Source: Desulfuromonadales bacterium
GTDB taxonomy: Bacteria > Desulfobacterota > Desulfuromonadia > Desulfuromonadales > DASPGW01
Assembly (NCBI GenBank): GCA_035620395.1
Contig: DASPGW010000043.1
Location: 1-46,076 of the forward strand
DNA: 46,076 bases
Direction: 5' to 3'
The notes beneath the pieces are model-generated. The model did not search any database, was not told the DNA's origin, and saw only the letters and a list, made by a program, of their open reading frames with translations. How positions within the stretch are numbered: the first letter of the stretch is position 1; every line of letters starts with the position of its first letter. Both the position numbers and the translations under genes were made by a program. Shown in pieces: positions 26,327-35,405 of the stretch.

Positions 26327-27535
26327 CTATGGCTTGTGGAGTTGATAACGCCTATCCAGGGCGATGAACAGGCATCCAAGAGTCACACTGGCTGCTGCAA
26401 GAAGGAGAGGCATCGCAAACCCGTCCTGACGGTCGGCCAGCATCCCGGCTATGACCGGCCCAAGCATCTGGCCGACACTGAAGCTCGCTGTCAAGAACGC
26501 AGCCGCCCGCCGTCCCTCCTTGCCCATGCGCAGGTTCCCCTCCGCCATGGTCAAAGCAACGATCCCCAGGAAGGTGCCGCCGAATGTAACGGCGGCAAAT
26601 ATCACTTCGAAAACAGAAGTAGCGTGCCTGCTGACCAGGATGCCGGCAATCTGGATGGCATAGGCTGCCAGCAGTGCCCGCTTGTTGCCGATGCGCCGTG
26701 CCAAATACGGCCAGAGGATTGTTGACGGAACTGCGGCAAGACCGACCGCAACCCAGCTAGAGGGGGCAAAGGTTTCCAGACCAGGAGTCGTCGCGATGAT
26801 GGCGACAATGAACGTCGCGGTGACGATATAGCCGAGACCTTCCAGAAAATAGGCCATCGCCAATAGCAGGATACTGACCAACCTACCGGTATGATCCGGG
26901 TTTTCGGCAACAATCGACGGAGAGTAATCCCGCGTTCGGCCAAGAGCCATTCCGGCAATGGCACAGAAGACCGCAAGACCTCCGATCCCCGTCCAGGCAG
27001 CGCTCCACCCGCCCGCCTTGTCCAGGTGGGGGACAATGAGGCCGCTGAGGGCGATGCCGAGACCGATCCCTCCGTACAGGGCGCCGAACCAGTGCCCGTA
27101 ACCGCGCCGCGCAAGGGACTCACCCACTTCGGCGGAGATGATGATGAAGAGGATGGAGCTGGCAACGCCTCCAACCAAGCGCATGATCCCCCACCAGAAC
27201 GGCGAGAGTGTCACTCCCATGAAGATGGTGGTGGCAAGGCTCAGCGCTAAGGCCCCGGCCCCGACTACCTGGGAACGGAGAAGTTTTGGAGCGATGGTGC
27301 ACGCAATGGCCCCAGCCAGATAGCCCAGGTAGTTCAAACCTGCGAGCCAACCGGCGACCGAATGGCTCATCCCGAGGTCGCGTTGCATGAGGGGGAGAAT
27401 CGGGGTGAAGGCGAACCGCCCGATACCCATGGCAACCACCATGCCGAGCATGCCGCCTGCCAGGATATTGAAGGCAGCCCAATCCCTGGAGGAGGAAACG
27501 TGGTTTCTTGTGCGGCCTGTATCCATGATTGACAT
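26327..27535 (-). CDS. MFS transporter, YbfB/YjiJ family
   Basis: Twelve TM segments. GIGRFAFTPILPLMQRDLGMSHSVAGWLAGLNYLGYLAGA is typical of the YbfB/YjiJ subfamily. Confidence 0.85.
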   Translation of the reverse strand: MSIMDTGRTRNHVSSSRDWAAFNILAGGMLGMVVAMGIGRFAFTPILPLMQRDLGMSHSVAGWLAGLNYLGYLAGAIACTIAPKLLRSQVVGAGALALSLATTIFMGVTLSPFWWGIMRLVGGVASSILFIIISAEVGESLARRGYGHWFGALYGGIGLGIALSGLIVPHLDKAGGWSAAWTGIGGLAVFCAIAGMALGRTRDYSPSIVAENPDHTGRLVSILLLAMAYFLEGLGYIVTATFIVAIIATTPGLETFAPSSWVAVGLAAVPSTILWPYLARRIGNKRALLAAYAIQIAGILVSRHATSVFEVIFAAVTFGGTFLGIVALTMAEGNLRMGKEGRRAAAFLTASFSVGQMLGPVIAGMLADRQDGFAMPLLLAAASVTLGCLFIALDRRYQLHKP

Positions 27536-27609
27536 ACTACCCCTCGAAAGATATCATTACAAATGAAATATAAAGATATTATCCATCACAAAAAAGGATG
27601 TGTTTGTCT

Positions 27610-28464
27610 ATGGAGATCAGTGAACTGAAAATCTTCCTGGCGGTTGCCCAAAAGGGCAGCATTTCAAGAGCAGCGGAAGAACTTCACTGCGTGCAATCCA
27701 ACGTGACTGCCCGCATCAAACAACTGGAAGAGCGCCTTGGCACCATTCTCTTCCATCGAAAGAGCAAAGGCGTCACCCTCGCCCCCTCCGGGCACTTGCT
27801 GCTGGACTATGCCGAGCGCATCCTCCGCCTTGCGAGGGAGGCTGAAGAAGCAATCACCAATCAGGATGAGCCAAGGGGCAAGCTACTCATCGGCTCGATG
27901 GAAACGACAGCCGCAGTCCGCCTGCCGCCGCTCCTAGCCGCCTATCATCGCTCTTACCCCAATGTCGAATTGAACCTGGTGACAGGTCCCTCCGAGGAAT
28001 CGCTGAGGCGGCTTCTTGATTTCCAGATCGATGGCGCTTTCGTTGCCGGCGAGCTTGTCAATGAGGCAGTGACCGCGGACAAGGCCTTTGACGAGGAACT
28101 GGTGCTGGTTGCTCCCCCTGACATCAATTCGCTAGAGCAGGTTGCCCATCAGAAGATTCTAGTTTTTCGAACGGGCTGTAGCTATCGGGCACAACTGGAA
28201 GCGTGGCTCAGGAAAACGGGGAGGCTCCCCTACCAGGTGATGGAATTTGGCTCGATCGAGGGGATCATCGGGTGCATTTCCGCTGGGATGGGTGTCAGCA
28301 TCCTGCCGCGCTCAGTCGTCGAACGGCCGCAGTATCAAGACAACTGCTCCTTGCACAGTCTGCCGAGAGAGGTCGGCATCATGACCACCTGGTTTGTGCG
28401 CCGCCGTCATGAAAAACCCGGCAAGGCCATGCAGGCATTTATGGACCTGATCGTTTCGAAGTAA
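27610..28464 (+). CDS. LysR-family transcriptional regulator (divergent from the MFS gene)
   Basis: ORF track 27598..28464. Start at ATG 27610 (MEISELKIFLAVAQKGSISRAAEELHCVQSNVTARIKQLE, a wHTH). A LysR substrate-binding domain follows. Confidence 0.9.
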   Translation: MEISELKIFLAVAQKGSISRAAEELHCVQSNVTARIKQLEERLGTILFHRKSKGVTLAPSGHLLLDYAERILRLAREAEEAITNQDEPRGKLLIGSMETTAAVRLPPLLAAYHRSYPNVELNLVTGPSEESLRRLLDFQIDGAFVAGELVNEAVTADKAFDEELVLVAPPDINSLEQVAHQKILVFRTGCSYRAQLEAWLRKTGRLPYQVMEFGSIEGIIGCISAGMGVSILPRSVVERPQYQDNCSLHSLPREVGIMTTWFVRRRHEKPGKAMQAFMDLIVSK

Positions 28465-28623
28465 AATCTGACGAGGAGATTGCCAGAGGGGCGCGGCCGA
28501 TATCTGACTTGGATGTTGTGTCTGATTGTCTGGCAAGGCACCATCTGACGGGAACAGCCACCGTCTAAAATATCCTGCATTACAGAAAGGCCCATCCACG
28601 CTGAGGCCTCAGAGGACCCACAG

Positions 28624-29064
28624 TCAAGCCGAGGTGGGTGAACCACCCAGGGCGACGAAGGTCCCGAGCAGCACCCGCGGAGCCGGTCGGCGACGGCTGC
28701 GAATCGCCACGACCATTTCGGTGAAAAGGGGGATGGTGGCGATGATCAGGGCGGCGTGGGAGGTCGTGGTGTGTTTGAGACCAAAGTTTTCAAAGCCGAA
28801 ATAAAGGGTGACGCCGGCAATGCCCAAAGAGCAGACCGGAAGCCGGTCCTGGCGGTCAATCCGTTTCGGGAATTTACGCGTGAGGGGCCAGACCAGGCAA
28901 GCGGCCAGGAAAAGTCGGGCAAAGGCCAGGGACAGGGGCGGGATCTCCTGCACCGCCGGCCGGGTGACCGGATAAGACAGCCCCCAGACCAGGATGCAGA
29001 ACAGCACCATGGCCAAGGCGCGCCAGGGAAAGGACCGGCGGGAAGGAACTGGTTGGTTTTTCAT
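28624..29064 (-). pseudogene. truncated EamA/DMT transporter (first EamA half only)
   Basis: The 146-aa product covers one EamA domain (VWGLSYPVTRPAVQEIPPLSLAFARL ... ALIIATIPLFTEMVVAI). It stops within what should be TM5 (GTFVALGGSPTSA*). Full-length family members have two EamA repeats (about 290 aa). Composition changes just downstream. Confidence 0.5.
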
Positions 29065-29290
29065 GGAAAGGGGCCGGACAACGCCATTATGGGGACCGAC
29101 AGGACCAGGGTGTGTTCCATGTCACCGGGACACAAAAAAACGCCGGGTCGGGGCAACCTGCGGACACCGCCCGCAATTTCTTCCCGCATAGTGAAGGCGG
29201 ATGGTGCTGGGCGTAACGGGTTCTCCTTTCGCTGGTTGGCGCCGCAAATGGCCCTCTGTAGTTGAACGGTACAGGAACGATCAGCCTGGG

Positions 29291-30436
29291 TCAGGCGCAC
29301 CGACCCTTGAGAAAAGCCGCCAGCCGCAGCAGCAGCCCCTGGCGGGTGAGCAGGGCGCCGTACGGACAGAGTTCCTGGCAGCAGAAGCAGCGGATGCAGC
29401 GCTGGTAGTCGATCTGTAGCTTGTCGTCGTCGATTCGCATCGCTTGTGGCGGACAGGCTTCGATGCAGATGCCGCAGCGCTTGCAAAGCTGAAAGTCGGG
29501 GACGGGGCGGGCGGTGAGGGAATCCTTGAGGACGTTTTTCAGCAGCGGCGGCAGGCCGAAATTGACGTCGGTGACTTTGGCCGGCCGGAAACCGCGGACG
29601 CGCAGCTTTTCCAGTGAATCGCCGAGGATTTCTACCTGCTCCAGGCGGCATCCCGGCCGTCCCGTCTGCAGGGCTAACCGCTGCGTCCAGACCGCTTCCG
29701 GGGAGAGCCCGACCAGGGCGGTGGCGACGGTGTCGACGGCCAGCGGCGAGGCGCCGGCGAGCAGGGCGCCGACATGGACCGGATCGCCGCTGCCGGGACC
29801 TTCGCCCTCCATGGCGGTGATGGCGTCGACCAGGGTCAGGGCGGGGCGGATCTGCTCGGCCAGCTCCAGCAGCATCAGGGCGAAAAAGGCCTTGTCGGTG
29901 CCGGCCTGCAGGTGCAGGCGCGGCTTGCGGATGCCGACCACGGCGCCGAACAGGTTCTTGACGCCGGCGGTCAGGCCCATCATCTGGTGGGTCTTGAGCT
30001 TGGGGAGATTGATGACGACGTCGGCGTCGAGCAGGTCGCGAGCGATCTCCAGCTCATGAAAGGTGCCGCCCCGGGGGCGGATCCTGACCGATTCGGCAAA
30101 GGGGGCGAAGGCGGCGCCGGTCTCCTCGATCACCGGCAGGATGCCGCAGCGTTTGGCCACCTGCAAGGGGGAACCGATGCCGGGCGAGTCGCCGACGGCG
30201 ACGACCCCGCCGGCCTGCTGCGCCAGGCGAATGACGGCGCGGACGATCTCCGGATGGGTGGTCACCGCCTTCTCCGGCTCCTTGCCGGCGAGCATGTTCG
30301 GCTTGAGCAGCACCTTCTGCCCGGGCCGGACGAAGGCCGCCATCCCGCCCAGGGGGGCGAGCAGGCACTCGACGGCGGCTTCGACCTGCGGCCGGGCGTA
30401 ACCGGCGGCGGCCTGCAGGACGACCCGCTCCTTCAT
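29291..30436 (-). CDS. DUF362 domain protein with C-terminal 2x[4Fe-4S] ferredoxin domain
   Basis: ORF track 29291..30508 opens with a TTG. I prefer ATG 30436 (MKERVVLQAA), which overlaps the yjbQ stop (ATGA). Diagnostic peptides are KVLLKPNML, VGDSPG, PKLKTHQMMGLTGAVKNLFG, CKRCGICIEACP and CIRCFCCQELCP. Confidence 0.85.
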   Translation of the reverse strand: MKERVVLQAAAGYARPQVEAAVECLLAPLGGMAAFVRPGQKVLLKPNMLAGKEPEKAVTTHPEIVRAVIRLAQQAGGVVAVGDSPGIGSPLQVAKRCGILPVIEETGAAFAPFAESVRIRPRGGTFHELEIARDLLDADVVINLPKLKTHQMMGLTAGVKNLFGAVVGIRKPRLHLQAGTDKAFFALMLLELAEQIRPALTLVDAITAMEGEGPGSGDPVHVGALLAGASPLAVDTVATALVGLSPEAVWTQRLALQTGRPGCRLEQVEILGDSLEKLRVRGFRPAKVTDVNFGLPPLLKNVLKDSLTARPVPDFQLCKRCGICIEACPPQAMRIDDDKLQIDYQRCIRCFCCQELCPYGALLTRQGLLLRLAAFLKGRCA

Positions 30437-30828
30437 CCGGCAACGATCCGGAGGTGCAGCCGGCGGTGGCGCGGGCCGTCGAACTCGCAGAAGTAGATTC
30501 CCTGCCAAGTGCCGAGGACCGGCTCCCCCTTCTCGATCAGCAGCGTCTCGCTCGCCCCCACCAGACTGCTCTTGAGGTGGGCGGCGCTGTTTCCCTCGGC
30601 GTGCCGGTAGTGGTCGTCGAAGGGGACGATCTTGTTCAGCTCCATGAGCATGTCCCGCAGCACGTCGGGGTCGGCATTCTCGTTGATGGTGACCGCCGCG
30701 GTGGTGTGGGGGACGAACAGCACCGCCAGCCCAGCGTCGATGCCGGCCCTGCGGATGGCCTGGCGTACCTCGCCCGTGATATCGAGCATTTCCACCCGCT
30801 GCCGGCTTTCGACCTCGAGGGTGATCAC
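30433..30828 (-). CDS. yjbQ: YjbQ/UPF0047 family protein (secondary thiamine-phosphate synthase)
   Basis: GTG start. Diagnostic peptides are FVPHTTAAVTINENADPDV, AAHLKSSLVG and GTWQGIYFCEFDGPR. Confidence 0.88.
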   Translation of the reverse strand: MITLEVESRQRVEMLDITGEVRQAIRRAGIDAGLAVLFVPHTTAAVTINENADPDVLRDMLMELNKIVPFDDHYRHAEGNSAAHLKSSLVGASETLLIEKGEPVLGTWQGIYFCEFDGPRHRRLHLRIVAG

Positions 30829-31658
30829 GGCTGCTCCTCCGTCAGGGCGTCGATCAGGGTCTCGAAGGCGCGCGGATGGTAGAGCAGGGAAGCATGCCCG
30901 ATGCCGGCCAAGGCCACGTTTTCGGCCTCTGGCAGCTGCCCCGACTCGAAGGGGATGACCATGTTGTCGTGCCGGCTGTAGACGGCGGTGAACTGGACGC
31001 CGGCGGGCAACGGCGCCCCGGCCAGCTCCCGCAGAAAGTCCGAGCCGGGCAGCAGCAGCTTGCCCAGTGGGGACAGGGCGAAGGGGGCCAGTTTCGACCC
31101 GTGGTTGGGAGCAGCCAGCAGGATGCAGCGGGCGACCTTCTCGGCGCCGTCGCCCAGCTGCACGAAGTTGCGGGCGATGATCCCGCCCATCGAGTGCCCG
31201 ACCAGATGCACCTTGTCGCTGCCGCTGGCGTGCCGCAGCTCATCGACCTTGCGGGACACCTGCTCCGTCAGGAATTCCAGCTCGTACCAGGGCGGCAGAT
31301 TGATCGTATAGACGTTGGGCACTCCCCGGCGGCGCAGGCGGTACCGGGTCCAGAGCCAGCAGGCGCGGTTGTGAAAGAGGCCGTGCAGCAGCAGCACGGG
31401 GGTGCCGCTGCCGTATTCAGGCGATGTTGCGGTCGTCTTGAACCAGCCCAGGGGATACAGCAGCACGGTGATGAAAAGACAGGCCCACTCCTGCACCATG
31501 AGCCAGGCGGCCAGGCGGAGGTTTTCCGGGTTGAAGCGATTTTCAACCACCCCGGGGTCGGCGTTGGCGCGCTCGTACCAGACAATGGCGTAGCTCAGCA
31601 GGGCCACCAGGGCGACGGCGCCGGCAATAAGCGTTAAAACGGCGAAAACAATGGACAT
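30825..31658 (-). CDS. membrane-anchored alpha/beta hydrolase (lipase/esterase-like)
   Basis: ORF track 30825..31871. I moved the start to ATG 31658 (MSIVFAVLTLIAGAVALVALLSYAIVWY, an N-terminal TM). The nucleophile elbow is VGHSMGG. GTGA overlap with the yjbQ start. Confidence 0.8.
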   Translation of the reverse strand: MSIVFAVLTLIAGAVALVALLSYAIVWYERANADPGVVENRFNPENLRLAAWLMVQEWACLFITVLLYPLGWFKTTATSPEYGSGTPVLLLHGLFHNRACWLWTRYRLRRRGVPNVYTINLPPWYELEFLTEQVSRKVDELRHASGSDKVHLVGHSMGGIIARNFVQLGDGAEKVARCILLAAPNHGSKLAPFALSPLGKLLLPGSDFLRELAGAPLPAGVQFTAVYSRHDNMVIPFESGQLPEAENVALAGIGHASLLYHPRAFETLIDALTEEQP

Positions 31659-31821
31659 GCGGACCCCCTGTGAAAGGCCCCCATTATGGCACGGGCATCC
31701 CTGAGCGTCAACGCCGCCAACACTCCGCCAACACGCCGGCAGACAAACCCGGCGAAGAAAGGCATCGGTTCCACCCCGTTCTGTGCTATAAAAAAGCAGC
31801 AGCCTTTGCCAAGGAGGATCC

Positions 31822-32718
31822 GTGCAGGAGCAGATCGCCCGTTTCGACAAGCACCTGGCCGTCGAGCGCAACGTTTCGGAGCATACCCGCCGCGCCTACC
31901 GGCAGGACCTGGAGGCCTTCCGGCTCTTTTTGCGCGAGGAGCTGAAGTGGCCCGAGCAAGGGATGCTCGAGCGGATCGACAACCTCGTTTTGCGCCGCTA
32001 TCTGGCGGCTTTGCACAAGCAGAACAAGAAGTCGACCATCGGGCGCAAGCTGGCCGCGCTGCGCACCTTTTTCCGTTTCCTGGTGCGGGAGGGGGTACTC
32101 AGGCTCAACCCCGGCGAGCTGGTGGCGACCCCCAAGCAGGGGAAGTATCTCCCCCGCACCCTCACCGTCGACGAATCCTTCGCCCTGATGGAGCAGGGCG
32201 GCGGCGCCGGCCTCCTCTCCGGACGGGACCGCGCCATCGTCGAAACCCTCTACTCCTGCGGACTGCGCGTCAGCGAACTGACCGGCCTCAACGTCGGCAG
32301 CGTCGACCTGCGCGAGGGGCTGGTGCGGGTGCTCGGCAAGGGACGCAAGGAGCGGATCGTCCCGATCGGCCGCAAGGCACGGGAGGCCCTCGGCGAGTAC
32401 CTGGCGGCGCGCGGCAATCCGGCCGACGAGGAACCGCTCTTTCTCAACCAGCGCGGCGGCCGGCTCACCTCCCGCAGCGTCGAGCGCAATCTCAAGGTCC
32501 AGCTGCTCAAGGCCGGCATCCTCAAGGACGCCACCCCCCACGCCCTGCGCCACTCCTTCGCCACCCACCTGCTCGACGGCGGCGCCGACCTGCGCGCCAT
32601 CCAGGAGCTGCTCGGCCACGCCTCTCTCTCGACCACCCAGAAATACACCCAGGTCAGCGTCGACCACCTGATGCACGTCTACGACCAAGCCCATCCTCGC
32701 AGCCGCAAGAAATCCTGA
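31822..32718 (+). CDS. xerC: tyrosine site-specific recombinase, XerC/XerD family
   Basis: GTG start after AAGGAGG. The N-terminal SAM-like domain has [19 protein letters not shown]. Catalytic motifs are [44 protein letters not shown] (R..HxxR..Y). Confidence 0.8.
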   Translation: MQEQIARFDKHLAVERNVSEHTRRAYRQDLEAFRLFLREELKWPEQGMLERIDNLVLRRYLAALHKQNKKSTIGRKLAALRTFFRFLVREGVLRLNPGELVATPKQGKYLPRTLTVDESFALMEQGGGAGLLSGRDRAIVETLYSCGLRVSELTGLNVGSVDLREGLVRVLGKGRKERIVPIGRKAREALGEYLAARGNPADEEPLFLNQRGGRLTSRSVERNLKVQLLKAGILKDATPHALRHSFATHLLDGGADLRAIQELLGHASLSTTQKYTQVSVDHLMHVYDQAHPRSRKKS

Positions 32719-32788
32719 GGCTTTGCAATGAGACAGAATTGCTCAGAAAGAACTCCGCATAAAAATGACAAAATCGGTCATATATGGC

Positions 32789-32816
32789 TTGACAGCTCCC
32801 GCTCGTCAGGTACACT
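32789..32816 (+). promoter_or_regulatory. candidate sigma-70 promoter of the peroxiredoxin gene
   Basis: TTGACA (32789-32794), 16-nt spacer, TACACT (32811-32816). It is flanked by palindromes ATGAC-N7-GTCAT (32765-32781) and TTGACAGGTCAA (32827-32838). Confidence 0.5.
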
Positions 32817-32867
32817 GAAGCGCAATTTGACAGGTCAACCGACTAAACGAGCGAAAGGAGTTTTGCC

Positions 32868-33470
32868 ATGAGTGTACTGGTAGGCAAGAAAGCCCCTGAT
32901 TTCACGGCTGCCGCGGTGATGCCCGACGGGGCGATCAATAGCAGCTTCAGCCTTTCCGATTACAAGGGCAGATACATCGTGCTGTTTTTCTACCCCCTCG
33001 ATTTCACCTTCGTCTGCCCGACGGAACTGATCGCCTTCAGCCGGCGTATCGACGAGTTCGAAAGCCGCGGTGTGCAGGTGATCGGTTGTTCCATCGATTC
33101 CCAGTTCACCCACGTCGCCTGGCGCAATACGCCGATCGAAGATGGCGGGATAGGAGCAGTGACCTATCCGCTGGTGGCGGACGTCAAGCATGAGGTCTGC
33201 AAGGCCTACGATGTCGAGTTCGAGCAGGCCGGCGTCGCTTTTCGCGGTTCCTTCCTCATCGACGAGAACGGCATCGTCCGGCATCAGGTGGTCAACGATC
33301 TGCCGCTGGGCCGCAACGTCGACGAGATGCTGCGCATGATCGACGCCCTGCAGTTCACCGAGAAGTACGGCGAAGTCTGTCCGGCCGGCTGGAACAAGGG
33401 GGACAAGGGGATGGTGCCCAACAAGGAAGGGGTGGCTTCCTACCTGGCTTCGGAGGCGGGAAAGCTCTGA
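32868..33470 (+). CDS. typical 2-Cys peroxiredoxin (AhpC/Tsa family)
   Basis: The peroxidatic Cys context is FFYPLDFTFVCPTE. The resolving Cys context is GEVCPAGW. Confidence 0.93.
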   Translation: MSVLVGKKAPDFTAAAVMPDGAINSSFSLSDYKGRYIVLFFYPLDFTFVCPTELIAFSRRIDEFESRGVQVIGCSIDSQFTHVAWRNTPIEDGGIGAVTYPLVADVKHEVCKAYDVEFEQAGVAFRGSFLIDENGIVRHQVVNDLPLGRNVDEMLRMIDALQFTEKYGEVCPAGWNKGDKGMVPNKEGVASYLASEAGKL

Positions 33471-33493
33471 GTAAACAACCATTCCGATGCATC

Positions 33494-33530
33494 AAGAGGC
33501 GGTCCTTTGGGGCCGCCTCTTCGCGTTTAT
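33494..33530 (+). terminator. hairpin terminator between convergent prx and glycosyltransferase genes
   Basis: AAGAGGCGG ... CCGCCTCTT (9-bp arms, extendable), followed by TCGCGTTT. Confidence 0.6.
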
Positions 33531-33561
33531 GGTGGGCAGGCAGGTTTTCCCATCGATAGCC

Positions 33562-34581
33562 TCACCCGACGTGCGCTCCAAGTGCCTCCCGGTAGATGGC
33601 TTCCAGTCTCTCCGCCTCGGTGGCCGGATCGAAAGCTTCAGGCTGCGGTCGGGACAGCTTCCGGCGCAGCCCCCGGTTATCGAACAGGGCCAGGGCGTGA
33701 CGGATGAATTCGTCCTCCGTCCGGTACAGCAGGCCATTGATCCCCGGTTCGACCACCGCCGCGTTGCCGGGGATGTCCCGCGCCAGGATCGGTCTGCCCA
33801 GGGCAGCGGCCTCGATGAGAGTATTCGGCAGCCCTTCACTCAGCGAGTGGTTGAGAACCACATCTGTCTCGCTCAGAGCAGCGGGCATTGCCGTCGTCGG
33901 GATGACATCGAGATAGAGCGCCCAGGGGCGCAGCGAAATTTCCGCCATGAAGCGTTTGGCGTAAGCGGCATCCAGCGCCGGGCCGCAGAAGGCGATCCGG
34001 CACCCGGGCCGCACGCCCGCCACCCGGTCGAAGAGCCGCAGCAGTTCGAGGTTCCCTTTGACCGGCCGGAGTCCGGCCGGGTGCAGGAATAGCAGTGCAT
34101 CCGCCGCGATGCCGTGCAACCGGCGCAGGGGATAGGGGGCGTCGCCAAGGACGATCCCCGGCGGCAGATAGCGGACCCGGCCGGCCCAGGCCGTCGGTTG
34201 TTTGCTCAGATTCTCGGCGGTGATTCTGTTCTGGGTGATCACCGCTGCCGCCCGCTGCAGGACCGCGCGGATGACCGCCCCTTCCGCGGGGATCGAACAG
34301 CCCTCATGGATGTCGGTTCCGGTCAGAGTGACGACGCAGGGGGCGGCAGATTCCGCACGGCAGGCGAGCCAGGACCGACCGCTTCGGTAAGCGTGCAGCA
34401 GGTGAACCAGATCGGGGCGAAACGTGCCCAGGGCGTGCCGCAGCGCCGCCGGATTTTCCTCGTCGGTGGCGGTCAAATGGACCTCGTGACCCCGTCGCGT
34501 CAGGTAGTCATGGTGGCGCGTGGCGGTGACCTGGTTGCCGGTTGCCAGGGGCTGCCGGGGGGTGACGATCAGGATGCGCAA
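33562..34581 (-). CDS. GT-B fold glycosyltransferase (GT4-like)
   Basis: The N-terminus is MRILIVTPRQPLATGNQVTA. The C-terminal donor-binding motif is SLSEGLPNTLIEAAALGRPILARDIPGN. Confidence 0.8.
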   Translation of the reverse strand: MRILIVTPRQPLATGNQVTATRHHDYLTRRGHEVHLTATDEENPAALRHALGTFRPDLVHLLHAYRSGRSWLACRAESAAPCVVTLTGTDIHEGCSIPAEGAVIRAVLQRAAAVITQNRITAENLSKQPTAWAGRVRYLPPGIVLGDAPYPLRRLHGIAADALLFLHPAGLRPVKGNLELLRLFDRVAGVRPGCRIAFCGPALDAAYAKRFMAEISLRPWALYLDVIPTTAMPAALSETDVVLNHSLSEGLPNTLIEAAALGRPILARDIPGNAAVVEPGINGLLYRTEDEFIRHALALFDNRGLRRKLSRPQPEAFDPATEAERLEAIYREALGAHVG

Positions 34582-35405
34582 GCAAGTTCTCCGAAATGGA
34601 TCAGTTGAATCTGTCGTTGTCCGACCAGCTCTCGAATGCCTGGCGAAGTCAGTGCAGCCACCTCGGTCTCCCGTTCGCGAGTGGCAAAGGGGTCTGCGGG
34701 GTTGCAGCCGCCGGGGTGCACCATCAATTCCCAGGTGCCCGGAGGCAGAGAGTTCAGGATGGCAGCAAGCGCGGATTCGTCGAGGCGGTTGAGAGAGGCC
34801 ATGCCCCAGAGGCCGTCCGGCGTGACGAGACCGCTGGTCTGAAGCGTTCGGGCGATGTTCGGGGCGAGACTTCGGTAGAGTGCCAGTTCGTTGCCGAGGA
34901 GCCCGGCCGGATCCGCTGCCGCCGGCTCTTGCGGTAGCGGCAGGCGGGCGGCGTTGATGCCGAACCGGCCGACGACCTCGAGGATCGCTTGCGCAACGTT
35001 CGGAAAGAGGAATGCGTGCTGGTGCGTGTCAAAATGGTCGGGCTGCAGCCCTGCATCGACAAGTCTGCCGATCTGGGCGGAGATTTCGGCACGGAGATTC
35101 TGGGCGCTCACCGCCCCGGACGCCAGGCGCCGGCGGGTCTCCGCCTTGCCGGGAAACTCGCCGTTGGCGGTGGTCAGGCCGCGAATCTCTCCGCTCAGCG
35201 AAGGACCCTCGGCCAGGTTCAGATGCACCCCGACCGGTAGCCCCTGGGCGCGGGCTTCGCGGGCCGCATCGGCAAAGGACGGGCCGTTGGCCAGCAGCGA
35301 GGCGCTGGTGACGATCCCGTCGCGAAAGGCGCAGAAGAGGCCCCGGTCCATGGCGGCGCCGCGTCCGAGGTCGTCGGCGTTGACGATCAGGCGGATTTTA
35401 TGCAT
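34569..35405 (-). CDS. ChbG/HpnK/YdjC-family carbohydrate deacetylase
   Basis: Diagnostic peptides are IRLIVNADDLG, GVHLNL and DTHQHAF (metal/His motifs of the YdjC family). It overlaps the GT4 gene by 13 nt. Confidence 0.85.
   Translation of the reverse strand: MHKIRLIVNADDLGRGAAMDRGLFCAFRDGIVTSASLLANGPSFADAAREARAQGLPVGVHLNLAEGPSLSGEIRGLTTANGEFPGKAETRRRLASGAVSAQNLRAEISAQIGRLVDAGLQPDHFDTHQHAFLFPNVAQAILEVVGRFGINAARLPLPQEPAAADPAGLLGNELALYRSLAPNIARTLQTSGLVTPDGLWGMASLNRLDESALAAILNSLPPGTWELMVHPGGCNPADPFATRERETEVAALTSPGIRELVGQRQIQLIHFGELACAS

Noticed and set aside
30433-30508. My hand count of positions in the printed sequence near 30.43-30.51 kb differed by 1 nt from the ORF-track coordinates.
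   Set aside because: Neighbouring checkpoints agree with the track (stop at 29291-29293, GTG at 30826-30828, GTG at 31822). I therefore treat this as my counting error and use the ORF-track frame. It is a reminder that my small-motif coordinates carry an uncertainty of 1-2 nt.
31822-32718. The tyrosine recombinase could be the integrase of the 22-28.6 kb islet.
   Set aside because: The sequence is a textbook XerC/XerD-type chromosome-dimer resolvase. It lies about 3 kb outside the compositional boundary, with three native-looking high-GC genes in between. No att-like repeats were seen.
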